The notes under the pieces were generated by a model. It saw only the letters and a list, made by a program, of their open reading frames with translations, did no database searches and was not told the origin of the DNA. Both the position numbers and the translations under genes were made by a program. A stretch of DNA of 61,713 nucleotides, the filler included, from Sphacelaria rigidula (lineage: Eukaryota): assembly GCA_964200075.2 (NCBI GenBank). It is 6 parts of 6 records of this genome, joined end to end, with 100 filler letters (N's around TTAATTAATTAA, not from the genome) between each part and the next. Parts side by side here need not be neighbours in the genome. Positions count along the whole stretch, not along the records: positions 1 to 10,204 come from CAXNAA020006935.1; 5 more parts are not named here. One strand, 5' to 3'. How positions within the stretch are numbered: the stretch's first letter is position 1; every line of letters begins with the position of its first letter. Positions 1-10,304 of this stretch are shown one piece after another.

Positions 1-171
1 ATATGAAGGGGAAAAATTGGAAAAAAAAAAACCTGACCTACTTTTTTTTTTTGATTATGCCCTAGCCACGCCCAACACAAAGTTTCAATACACAAAAACA
101 CCAAACGTGGGCCAATAAATGGCCTGCAAATACTGTTCCGAATTTCTTCTGACACTGTTACTAAACGGCCG

Positions 172-435
172 ATTATACGGCCAATGCTTGGAGTTGGACC
201 CTGAAATTGGGTATGGACAATGAGTATGCCATAATGAAAAACATTACTGGCATACACAAGTTTTTTTGGTTTCCATGAGTTAAGGGTAATACTCAGTTTT
301 CAGATATGGGTGAAATGCCCCACACTCATGAAATACAGAACAAAGCCCTTGTGTACGCCAGAATTGTTTTTATTTTGTCCTACTCATTGTCCATACCAAA
401 TTTCAGGGTCCAGCTCCAAGTATTGGCCGTATAAT
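172..435. repeat. Foldback/MITE-like imperfect palindrome
   Basis: 172-226 (attatacggccaatgcttggagttggaccctgaaattgggtatggacaatgagta) is the reverse complement of 381-435 with 3 mismatches, and pairing continues more weakly inward. A related motif (ccataccaaatttca...ccaactccaag) occurs at ~20642-20671. Confidence 0.8.
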
Positions 436-503
436 GTGCCTGCAAACTGCAGAATCGCTTCTCGGCTGGCCCAGCTCGTACGATCATACTCGCTCAAGAA
501 CCA

Positions 504-783
504 TGTTACATGCGCAAGCATGACCACAAACCACACAATAACAAGCTGAAATCATTCTCAAAACGATTCGCGAATACCAATCATAATGTGTTTCCTCATT
601 CTCAACAAGCGCTCAATCACCACAGCACTTACTCCTCAACATCAGTACCCAACTCGGCGCTCACCACAACAGCAAACATCTCAGGTAATGCCTTCTTTGT
701 AGTCCTCCAGCCCGCTCCTGAGAAACAGCAGCACTCGAAGCACAACCCAGTGCACAGCGTAGAGCATCTTTTTCTCTCGGACA
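504..783 (-). mobile_element. Candidate LTR (TG...CA) with upstream polypurine tract and downstream PBS-like TGG motif
   Basis: The minus strand reads AAGGAGGGAG|TGTCCGAG...CATGTAACA|TGGTTCTTGAGC. No second copy is present in the window, so the LTR cannot be confirmed. Confidence 0.35.
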
Positions 784-1281
784 CTCCCTCCTTGCACCTT
801 CAGTCTAGCTACACTTGGCACCCCCATGTTGTAGCTCACAACGCCTCTAAAAGGTAAATTCGCACCGCCAAACCAATGCGACAGATCATCTGCCTCCACA
901 GATACTTGGGCAGTACTGAACACCTGTGCTGCAGTCGGTTTTACAGAGGAAACCAGAGGCAAAACGGGAACAGCTACACAGTCCCGAACAGCAACACCTC
1001 CTGATGCACACTATCCTCCTCAAACACCCCGCGGCGAAACAGTGGAGACACCTCCGCCATCGCCGCCAAATACGCCAAAGCTGTCCATGTAAATAGCAAT
1101 GCACACGACCACCCCAACACCACGCGACGCTCGTGGTCGCCGTCAGAATTGTGATCGCTAACAGCATCACGAGCTTGCAGCTCGCGCTGCGTACCCGCTT
1201 TGCGCGGGTCACACGAAGATAACACCCCCTTGCAGCGGTGAGCATGCAAGGTGTGTCCCCAATTCCGCTCTAGTCCGGCGG

Positions 1282-2316
1282 CTACAAGCAACCTGGATCT
1301 TTGCCGCTCAGCGCTAGCTCATCGGAGCAAATTGGCTTCGCGATTCCAACAGCAGCGGCGGCAGCGGCAGCAGCGGCTGGATCAAATATTCCCGCTTCAG
1401 CCACCACCTCCTGCTCAGCGCACTCCTGAACGGCAACAGCGGTTGCTAAGCTGCCTGCAGTCTTCTCGAGCTGCGTGACATATTCGCCCTCTCCAGTAGC
1501 AATACCAGCAGCATCCAAACCAATGCTTACCGTGGAACTGTCGGCCGGCGCGCTCTCATGCCTACCCGCTTTGACAGACACGTGCTTTGTCTCCTTCCCG
1601 CTCCTCACAATGGAAACAGCTGCCCTGTATCGTGGTTTAAGACGCGCCCTACTGACTGCACGTTCAGCGGCTCCACTATCGCGCCTATCCCCTCGGGCAG
1701 ACACATGCTTCTCGGCTTCAACAGTGCAAGCATCTGCCCTGTATCGTGGTTTCAATCGCGCAGCATCTACTGCACGTTGGGCGGGTGCACTGTCGTGCCT
1801 GTCCCCTCGGACAGACACGTGTTTCTCGGCTGTCACAGAGCAAGCAGCTGCCCTGTATTGTTTCAAACGCCCCGCACCTACTGCACCTTTGGCGGGTTCA
1901 CTGTCGTGCCTGTCTCCGCCGCCGCCCACCTTCACACTATCTTGCACCACACTCGACGACGCATAAGATGAATGGTTGCGCAGCGCAAAGAGCAATTTAT
2001 CTTGCCCAACATCATTCGCACCATCCAAAAATGTGTCACATTGACAGTTCTCGATATTTGCGGGCATGAGGTCAGAGACCACTGGCTCCTCAACAACGTG
2101 CCAGCGTGCTTGACGCTTGTTCGTTGCGTGCACCTCACGAAGGTAGTCCTCATACTTCCGCAGAAATTTAGCAGATTTTTCACTTGAGAACTTGTGGCCG
2201 TAGTAAGGCGTATCCAGAAACCGTACACGGACAGCGTGACCATCGATGACAACATATTGTTGCGGCGCACGAACAACATGGCCGTCCACCGCGACATACT
2301 CCTGCACCTCGTACAT
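1282..2316 (-). CDS. 344-aa ORF, probably retroelement-derived (gag-like N-terminus) with internal ~38-aa tandem repeats
   Basis: Intronless ORF lying upstream of the candidate PPT/LTR on the same strand. It has a helical N-terminal part (KFLRKYEDYLREVHATN) and ~3.3 copies of GDRHDSxPAxRAVxxxRLKPRYRAxxCxVxAEKHVSxR. The gag assignment is inference only. Confidence 0.35.
   Translation of the reverse strand: MYEVQEYVAVDGHVVRAPQQYVVIDGHAVRVRFLDTPYYGHKFSSEKSAKFLRKYEDYLREVHATNKRQARWHVVEEPVVSDLMPANIENCQCDTFLDGANDVGQDKLLFALRNHSSYASSSVVQDSVKVGGGGDRHDSEPAKGAVGAGRLKQYRAAACSVTAEKHVSVRGDRHDSAPAQRAVDAARLKPRYRADACTVEAEKHVSARGDRRDSGAAERAVSRARLKPRYRAAVSIVRSGKETKHVSVKAGRHESAPADSSTVSIGLDAAGIATGEGEYVTQLEKTAGSLATAVAVQECAEQEVVAEAGIFDPAAAAAAAAAVGIAKPICSDELALSGKDPGCL
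1535..1915. repeat. Tandem repeat, ~114-bp unit, ~3.3 copies
   Basis: Recurring blocks gacacgtg(c/t)tt...ctgccctgtatcgtggtt...ctactgcac...cactgtcgtgcctgtc at ~114-bp spacing; one copy is 9 bp longer. Confidence 0.85.
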
Positions 2317-3817
2317 TTCGGTCAGCAGTACAGCACTTCACACGCCTTTTTGAAAAACGAAGTCGCCTCCCACTCACAGGAACAACAACTATCTCGCTAT
2401 ATCGAGACGCGCTGTACTACCTTACAACAACAATGGCCACAGCGCCTCTTCCTCACGCAGGTTTCACCACGTGATTAAGGTCCTTCGACTCCTCTTCCTG
2501 GCCGTAACAAGCAACTCTCGCTGGCCCCATCAAGCAGTAATTTCGCCGCTTTTCTGGAACGTGCACGGGCTCGCCAGCTGTCGGTCAACCCCCCGCACCT
2601 CTCGCACGAGCGATACCACAGCCCACCCCAGCACTGCCTCAGAACCTACTCGGCTCTACTTCTGCAACTCCTCGCGACGTTAACACGCCATGAGCTGGTC
2701 TTGTTTGCTGCAAACTAAATAGGCCTGCAGACTTCCCTATCTTGAAGTGTCAGCTGCTTTTCAGCGGACCTACCGCTAGTCAGCGGACTTAATGATTGTT
2801 CATTGTAGACTTCTGTCACTCAAGATCAGATTGCCATATGACCTCCTCCCATCACGGGCACAGAGACTTCAGCAGCTTCAGTTATTTATGTATTAACGCT
2901 CAGCATAGTACAGGAGAACAGGACCATAGCCTCTCTCCACCAGAGTGACAAAACTGGCTCTACTCGTCAAGGAGGTCACCATCACAGAATCCGGCAATCA
3001 GACCCGCAACTCCACCTACAAAGTCCCTGACCTTAGGTAACAATGGTGGCTAGGTCTACAGGCAGCACCGGCTGTGTGCTTACCATCGTAATAGGAACAA
3101 ACCTTGAAGGTGTGGCGATGGGGCTCGGACCAGTTCATCGATAGCACTTCAGCCCGTATTAAGTATTGGAGGACCTGAACCTCTCGCAAAGATTGCAAAT
3201 ACTAATGTCGTTACTAGGTCTAATCCACACAGTCCAACTGACTCGTCCTTGCACGGGAAGACTACTAGTTGGGGGAACGAGGGGAATGTGTTCCCACGGG
3301 TATGAATTGTGGTGATCCAATGTGATGACTGATCATCCTCATCAAGGTAACTCAAAAGTTGGAAAGACACCACAATCCTGTACAGATCAGAGTGTCAGCC
3401 AGTCTGTAGATACTTCAATGCAGACGGATGCAAGTAGGGCCTTAGCGTTGAAATCTTGCGCGATATCCTAGTCTGACCGTCGGAATAATGCATCAGCTAT
3501 GGGTAGCTCCCCCAGTTGCGCACCAATTCTAGGCGATCTTTTTTGTGAAAATAAAAAGTCGAGTGCACAAGCAGGCAGCCGAGATGAATCATTTGAGCAG
3601 TTGTAGCTAGGGTTACAGATGGACCCGATGCGATTGTGCAGTCACAGAGTAAAGAGCACCCAGTAGGAGAAGTAAGCATCCAGGGTGAGGTACGGGAACT
3701 GCATGATCGAGTTAGCTCTCAAAGTAGCCCTCGATGCCCATCTGGACCGGGGAACACATGCAGAGATCGTCCCGCCGACTGTTCTACCATGCGTGGCAAA
3801 ACTACCCGCATCAGCAG

Positions 3818-4149
3818 TGTAATGCGTGAGAGGACCGCGTGCTTAGAGGACCGCGCCGTAGTTCAAAATACCTCAGGATCGACGTTTTTCAAAACCAATA
3901 TGGTCAGTCCCTGCAGGTACCACGCCCCTGACCCTAACTGTAATACGTGAGAGGACCGCGTGCTTAGAGGACCGCGCCGAGGCTCGAAACTCCCCACGAT
4001 AGACGTTTTCCAAAACCAATCTGGCTAGTCCCTGCAGGTACCACGCCCCTGACCCCAACACTAACACTAACCCTAACCCTAACCCTAACCATAGGGGTGT
4101 TCAAATTCCGATGCGGTCCTCTGAGCACGCGGTCCTCTCACGCATCACA
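3818..4149. mobile_element. Non-autonomous TIR element (TGT...ACA) with internal CCCTAA repeats, inserted in the Gypsy ORF
   Basis: 37-bp TIRs tgtaatgcgtgagaggaccgcgtgcttagaggaccgc and gcggtcctctgagcacgcggtcctctcacgcatcaca (2 mismatches). Flanks are agcag and ggcag. The left ~120 bp is duplicated in tandem (second copy from 3939), and (CCCTAA)3 lies at 4071-4088. Confidence 0.85.
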
Positions 4150-4856
4150 GGCAGGAGCAATAGTAATGATAGTCACCTGGTTGGTCGAAATGGCATTAAT
4201 CCCGCCGAAACGAAATCTTCGACTGTTCACGGTACTTTAGTCCGCGGCAGCCGGGATAGCAGTAAGGCTCCGGTAAGGGAAAAGGAAAATTGTCCCGCCG
4301 AGATTCCCACTGTGCATGAAAAACCGAAACGCACCAGTTCGACAATCAGTAGCATTGAGGCAGATAAAGGCGAACTTTCTCCGACTAGAGATCCCGATGT
4401 GCGTAGTTTAACAGCTCGCAACAGTCGGGGCAACAGTAATATAGGTCAGGGAGGATCAAGCATGGCTGGTCCTACTCTCGATCCGGCGACCGTACACGAA
4501 AGTAGATTGTCTGACAATGATAACGATGTGCAGGCACGCATGACTATTGATTTCCCCGATAGAACCGTTAAAAAATCCCGAGATACTTCACGAGGAATAG
4601 ATCGCGATGGATCTTCGTGTTTCGCAGTGCGTAGGGTAGTAGTAGAAAATGGTAACGACCCAAGTGGGACACCAACCAAAAGTAAATATGCGCTGGACCC
4701 AAAAACTGGCAGTCGTTCGCCTACAGAACCTGTTTCCGCCCACGTACCAGCGACAATATCTAGTCAGGTTGCACGAGGAAGAAAAGGGCCTTACTTGGAA
4801 GAAATTCGCCAAGTATTGGGAGGGGAAGTGAGTTTAAACCGCAAAGAAGTTCGACC

Positions 4857-5819
4857 TTGGCGCAAATATTTTCTGGCCCAAAGGCAACTAGAACCTTGGA
4901 TGTTAAGGCTTTGGTGGACACGGGAAGTCCCGCGACGTTCACTCATTACAATATATGGGAAAAAATGGTTGATGTCGGGGCAGCCACCACTGAAGGCGTC
5001 CGAGATGCAGACCCGGTATCCTGGGGTGGTTCCAATGGTGTCCCGTTGTGTACCGCTTCACAGGTGCGGCTGAATATCAGAGTCTGGTTCAGAAAACCCA
5101 ACCCACGAATGTCAGTTCAAAACGGACGAGCATGTTCAGCAATTTACGCTCATGTTGTACCTGATGGAACAATAAATTATGACATTCTAGTAGGATGCGA
5201 TGACCTTGGTTTATTTCCGGTCAGAACGTATCGAGATGTGAACCGACGAGAAACAGTCATGACCTTGCAAGGAAACAACATTGGCTCTGCTGATCGTGCG
5301 TCTGCGGAACAAGTCCGCAAGGCTGTTGGTTTTGTGGAACCGAAATCGTCAACAGCTCAAGTTATAGTAGTGTACAATGGATCTCATGATATGATACGAC
5401 CTGGTACATTGTCATGGATTCCGGTCAAACCATGTAACATGGACGGAACGACCACCAAAAGTGAGTGTAATTATGTGTCTCTGGATCCAGATTGGTCCCC
5501 ACATGAGATTATCATAGAAGCAGGTGAATCCATCATCATCCCTCTCCGTTATACCGGTTTAGAAGGACAGATGTTGAATCCGAACACCACTCTAGGTTTT
5601 GCTGGGGCACCTTTGGTACCATGCTCTCTGGAGGACGTTGAGATCTCTGAAACAAAGGATCTGAAACCCAAGGAGATATTCACGGTAGACCAAACTTTAG
5701 AAGAACCTTCGGTCTTGGCAGGTTTGGCCAACGAACAACAACAAGCATTTACAGATATGTGGGTGAAACTTCCCACACATGCACGAAAAATAAAGTTCGG
5801 GTTGGAGGGTGCACAATAG
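4857..5819 (+). pseudogene. Gypsy aspartic protease (retropepsin) region
   Basis: VKALVDTGSPATF active-site motif and downstream YDILVGCDDL (hydrophobic-hydrophobic-G-x-D) motif. Confidence 0.85.
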
Positions 5820-5840
5820 CCAGTTGAGGACATCAAGAAT

Positions 5841-6602
5841 TTGGGGGAACTTTTGTGCCAATACTTACATCGATTTTCAAAAGACAAGATGGACTTAAGG
5901 TATTGCACGGTGGACGCGTTTAAGATTGAACTTAAACCGGGGACGAGGCCCATTAAACAGTGCCCGTATCGTCATAACCCAGCGGTCCAGAAGAAAGTAC
6001 AAGGGGAGATTGATCGCATGCTCGCAGCAGCCATTTTGAGGAGATCATATTCGAACTGGAGTAGCCCGCTCGTAGTAGTGAACAAAGCGAGTGGGTCCAT
6101 TCGTATTACGTGCAACTGCAAAACACTTAATAATGACAGTACAATGATTCCGATTTTACCCATTCCGAGTATTGAGGAACTCTTGGATAAATTGGGGGAT
6201 GCCAAAATATTTTCATGTTTGGACACCTCTTCCGGTTATTTCATTGTGGCTATACACCAAAACTCAATTCCATTGACGGCGATATGTACGCAGAGTGGTC
6301 TCTAGGAATGGTTAGTTATGCCGATGGGGTGCAGTGGAAGTCCAGGTTGGTTTCAATTTATCATGGCGAGAATATATGATGGGTTGGAACGATGCCGACT
6401 CCATATTGATGACGTTTGTACTTCCAGCGGAACAGGCAGACAACAAGTAGATGACTTGGAAGGTCTCTTTCAACGACTGACCAAGTACAACCTGAAGTTG
6501 GCACCGGAAAAGGCACATGTTGGGATGGAAGAAACGAAATTTCTAGGGCATCACATTTCCGCTGAGGGAATATTTCCTGATCAGGACAAGGTACAGGCTT
6601 GA
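5841..6602 (+). pseudogene. Gypsy reverse transcriptase (disrupted)
   Basis: Motifs PIKQCPYR, SNWSSPLVVV, LPIPSIEELLDKL, FSCLDTSSGYF, MPMGCSGSPGWFQ, HIDD (YxDD position) and KFLGHHIS. Internal TAG at 6303-6305. Confidence 0.95.
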
Positions 6603-6608
6603 ACAAAG

Positions 6609-7230
6609 ATGCCAATGCCGTCTGATGTATCTCAGCTCAGATCGCTATTGGGAGGTTTGGGGTACCATCGTAAATTTATTCTGCGAATGGCTGCGAGACT
6701 TGAACCTCTAACGCACTTACTAAAGGAAGGAATTCGTTTTCGGTTTACCCAAGAACACGAATCGATAGCCAAGGACATGTTATCACCCTTGACCGGTACG
6801 AATGTTTTAGCATTTCCAAACTATGAAGATGCAACTTTGGGGAAACGACCGTTTATGCTTTACACGGATGCATCACTCGATGGTCCGGGTGCGGTGGTGG
6901 AAAAACGCCAAGAGGATAATACGGTTCGACCCCGTATTTTTTTTAGTCGAGGAACACTCCCCAACGAGAAAAATTGGAGTGTGTCCGAATTAGAGGCAGC
7001 GGCTATTATGTGGGCCATCAAAAAGAACAGGCCACTTTTCTACGGGGTACCGTTTGAAATCTATACTGATCATCAACCTTTGCGAAATCTATTGACCCTT
7101 GCAGAAAAGGTTCCGAGGGTTCAGCGTTGGCACGAGTTTTTGAGTGCATATACACGTATGAAGTTAAGTACAAGCCAGGACGTGTGAACGCAAATGCGGA
7201 TATGTTGTCTAGTTTACCACAACCACCGGA
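6609..7230 (+). pseudogene. Gypsy RNase H (frameshifted near the end)
   Basis: FMLYTDAS, ELEAAAIMWAI and FEIYTDHQPL, then YKPGRVNANADMLS in a shifted frame. Confidence 0.93.
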
Positions 7231-8046
7231 TGATAATGATATGTCTGGGATGCCCGAATCACGGACCCGGGAGATATGGATGTTTATTTCATTGATGCTG
7301 GTGGGATATGGCCGAGCATTCATGAAAACTCGACCAGGGAGGGACACGTAGGATCTGTAGTGAGTACCCATGGTTAAAACTTGAGTGGGCTGGACCCTGG
7401 ATTTGGTTTTTATAATTGGCGTAAAAGAAGTAAGTGCAGTACCGCTCACGACCTCTGAAAAAGCTGACCAAAAATTGATCGAGCTACAAAGAGCGAGGAA
7501 CAGTATTATTGTACGGGTGGGAAGCGAAAAAGCGGACAAGTATTCGTACGTGGTACTGGATGACACGCCGTTAAGTCATCCCCAGATTAGTGACATGGTC
7601 AGAGGACAATGGGAACAAGGCCCGACTTTGGATGCATGTCCGATCATGGAAGTAGGGAGAAAATTGCTACAACCTCAAGAACACAGAGCCGTGTCAGTAA
7701 TTGAATCCGCAGCCAATGAGAGAAACAGTGGCGCGGGGTCATTAACAACGATACCACCGACTCTGGAAACAGGAGAAGCCTGTCATTTTGGGAAACGTTT
7801 ATGCCAGACATTGGCGAACGCTTGGGATCAAATACAGCAGGAAGATCTCACGTCTAGAACGGCCATCGAATATCTGAAAAAACGAGTGACGGTTTAGACT
7901 AAGGATAAAGAAAAGGGGATCCCTACACGAGTTGACCTATCCAAGTTTATAAAGGTTTATTATTAGTAAAGAAGCAGACGCCAGTGCCCAGACAACTGGA
8001 CCAAAATCGGGAACAATTCGAGAGGTATTTGGGAGAATAGACCAGA

Positions 8047-8774
8047 ATGTATGTGCCACTGCTTTTGAGACCTTGGGTAATGGACCAAACTCACAAAGAA
8101 GCTATTCATTTGGGTGAAGGTATCACGTTATCTTTGTTGAAAAGGTATTACTGGTGGATTGGAATGAAGGACAGTGTAAAATTCTGGATAAGAAGATGTT
8201 ATACATGTCAAGGTCGGAAAAATTGGAGACATACAATAAGATGGCCACTTTTTTCTGAACCACTGCCGAGTCAACCAGGGCAGACGGTTTCGTTTGATTT
8301 GTTGGGCCCGTTACCAAAATCAACGAAGGGAAATACATGCACTCTTTTGATGGTGGATTTGTATAGTAGACATACGGAAGCTTATCTTCTTACTGAAGAA
8401 GAGAAAACAGCGGAAGATTGTGCGAATATTTTAGCGCATGACTATATCTAGAGATCGGGTTGTCCTCACACGTTATTGTCGGATCAAATGTGTCAAGAAA
8501 AATTGTCTATGAGACGTTGGGAGCCGTAAAACGATACACGAGTGCGTATCATCCACAAACGAACGGTATGGTAGAGCGACTGAACCACACGGTATGGCAA
8601 GTGTTGTCGTATCTAGTGGCAGATGACCAGAAAGACTGGGATAAGCTATTGTTACACGCAACTTCTGCACATCACAACAGCGTAGGTAGAGGAATAGGGT
8701 TAGCGCCGAATGAGGTGCATATCGGGAGATATCCAAGGTTATCCAAGACCATCCTGGAAAGGAGGGGTGTGTAA
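8047..8774 (+). pseudogene. Gypsy integrase (HHCC zinc finger plus core, disrupted)
   Basis: HKEAIH...CYTC zinc finger, SFDLLGPLP, MVDLYSR and AYHPQTNGMVERLN. A stop at 8449-8451 and a frameshift interrupt it. Confidence 0.93.
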
Positions 8775-9345
8775 GGACACCAAGGATTGAAGGCGGACCA
8801 ACTAGAATATTTGCAGCTGATGTAGGATCGTCAAACCAAAGAATACGATCTTCTAAGACAAGAGGACTATCCGATTAAATCCAAACACGAGTCAAAGAAT
8901 GAGCAGGTGGAAGAAGTTCTAGATCGAAAGCCAAAGTGGGAAGCAGGCAATTGGGTTTTTGTGTATGACACCATGGGTACTATCCTGCCGGGTGGAAATG
9001 CGGAACGCGAAGGGGGAAAACAGCTTTATCGTCTGAACTGTCGCATTCCCGGAGAGGGTCGTACAAAATCTTGGTGGTGGGACCAGGTATTTCGGAAAAG
9101 GGTGAGCTAGTGGGAGAAAACCTATTGTTGCCTGAACTCCGAAAAAATGAGCCTGGGGCAGTCATGAATCCCAAATTTTCTGTGTTGAGATGTAAGCGGT
9201 GCTTCAATCCAAAAGATGAACCGGAGCCGCCGAAATCTCTACCCTGGGGTTTAAGTCAGCATGTGTTGAATCACTATTCGGAATTACTACCTCCGTTACA
9301 TCTAACAGAGGAGAATGTGTCGATACAGCTGGACACATGCAGGCT

Positions 9346-9900
9346 GAAGCTCACGAAGATTGTGGGTCACCGTGTATCTCGTGACTTGAGTGCAAAACTC
9401 TCAGTTCAGTATTTACTATTATTATATATTGGGAGAGTTTGGAGAGGCCCAGGGGGGAGCATGAGGAGGACATAAAACAATATGATCGGGTAACTTTAAC
9501 GTGCTGGATGGGGAATCCAAAAATGGAGAAGCCAGATAACTCGAAGTATCGGAAATATCGTGTAAAAGTTGGCAAGACGAGCGGAGGCTAGGTAACGGTG
9601 TGAAATGTTTGTGGCTCAAGGCTATGGGTTTAGAAGCAATGCCACTGCTGGTTCTCATGTGTATGAGCCGCAACTTGTCGGCTGTTATATTTATTATCGA
9701 ACGCAGACGACAGGATGGCTTTTAGCTCAGGTAATGGGCCTCCAGGAGGATGCGGCGTTACAAAGGCGCCCGCACACCTTGAGGATGTTGGATCTCGGGA
9801 GGAGATACAATGTTCATCTTTCTGTGGAAAATTTGAACACCTCTCGGAACCAAGTGAGGAATTGGTGCTGGCACTACCATGTGCAGCGCAGGACTTTAAA
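9346..9900 (+). pseudogene. Integrase C-terminal tail: chromodomain-like segment followed by a Tudor/SH3-like domain
   Basis: KIVGHR...SVQYL / frameshift / YWESLERPRGEHEEDIKQY fits the chromodomain pattern IxxHR...YLVxWxGxxxxxWExExxL. It is followed by LVGCYIYYRTQTTGWLLAQV...HTLRMLD...YNVHL...NWCW. Confidence 0.55.
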
Positions 9901-10204
9901 ATTCTTTGCGCATACTTTTCAGCTGGAACGCTGGAGAAGATCATCAACTATCATCGGATTTGAAGACGGGCATCACGAGATTGTAGATGATTAGGGGGTG
10001 GTTTTGGCATCGGTACATGACGACGAGAAGGAGATGACGCTGCGCCAGGAGAACGATGAAATGGCTTGACTAATTTTCTCATCTTGGTTTGAATGTTTTT
10101 CTCTGTTCCACTTTGAAGCTGACTGTTTGTTTGTTTTTTCCTTGAGGGAAGGAGGAAACCCAACCCAACACTTACCCCGCTGACGATCGCAAACGATCGC
10201 GGGC

Positions 10205-10304
10205 NNNNNNNNNNNNNNNNNNNNNNNNNNNNNNNNNNNNNNNNNNNNTTAATTAATTAANNNNNNNNNNNNNNNNNNNNNNNNNNNNNNNNNNNNNNNN
10301 NNNN
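10205..10304. other. Artificial contig linker (N44-TTAATTAATTAA-N44)
   Basis: Identical 100-nt spacer whose core gives stop codons in all six frames; it recurs five times. Confidence 0.97.

Larger units (their letters stand above)
3636..9994 (+). mobile_element. Degenerate Ty3/Gypsy LTR retrotransposon internal region (PR-RT-RNaseH-INT-chromo-like)
   Basis: The domain order protease, RT, RNase H, integrase is diagnostic of Gypsy. There are many in-frame stops (e.g. 5817, 6303, 6600, 8449) and frameshifts. No LTR pair is visible and the piece ends at 10204. Confidence 0.95.

Noticed and set aside
4059..4090. Chromosome end or telomere
   Set aside because: There are only three perfect CCCTAA units, internal to a TIR element in mid-contig.
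5360..5640. dUTPase domain between the protease and RT
   Set aside because: The spacer is beta-rich and vaguely dUTPase-like, but none of the catalytic motifs is recognisable.
6401..6412. HIDD as a novel RT active-site variant
   Set aside because: The element has many stops and frameshifts; a single T-to-C decay of YIDD is the simpler explanation.
10249..10260. TTAATTAATTAA palindrome as a regulatory or recombination site
   Set aside because: It always sits centred in N runs at five positions, so it is a synthetic six-frame stop linker.
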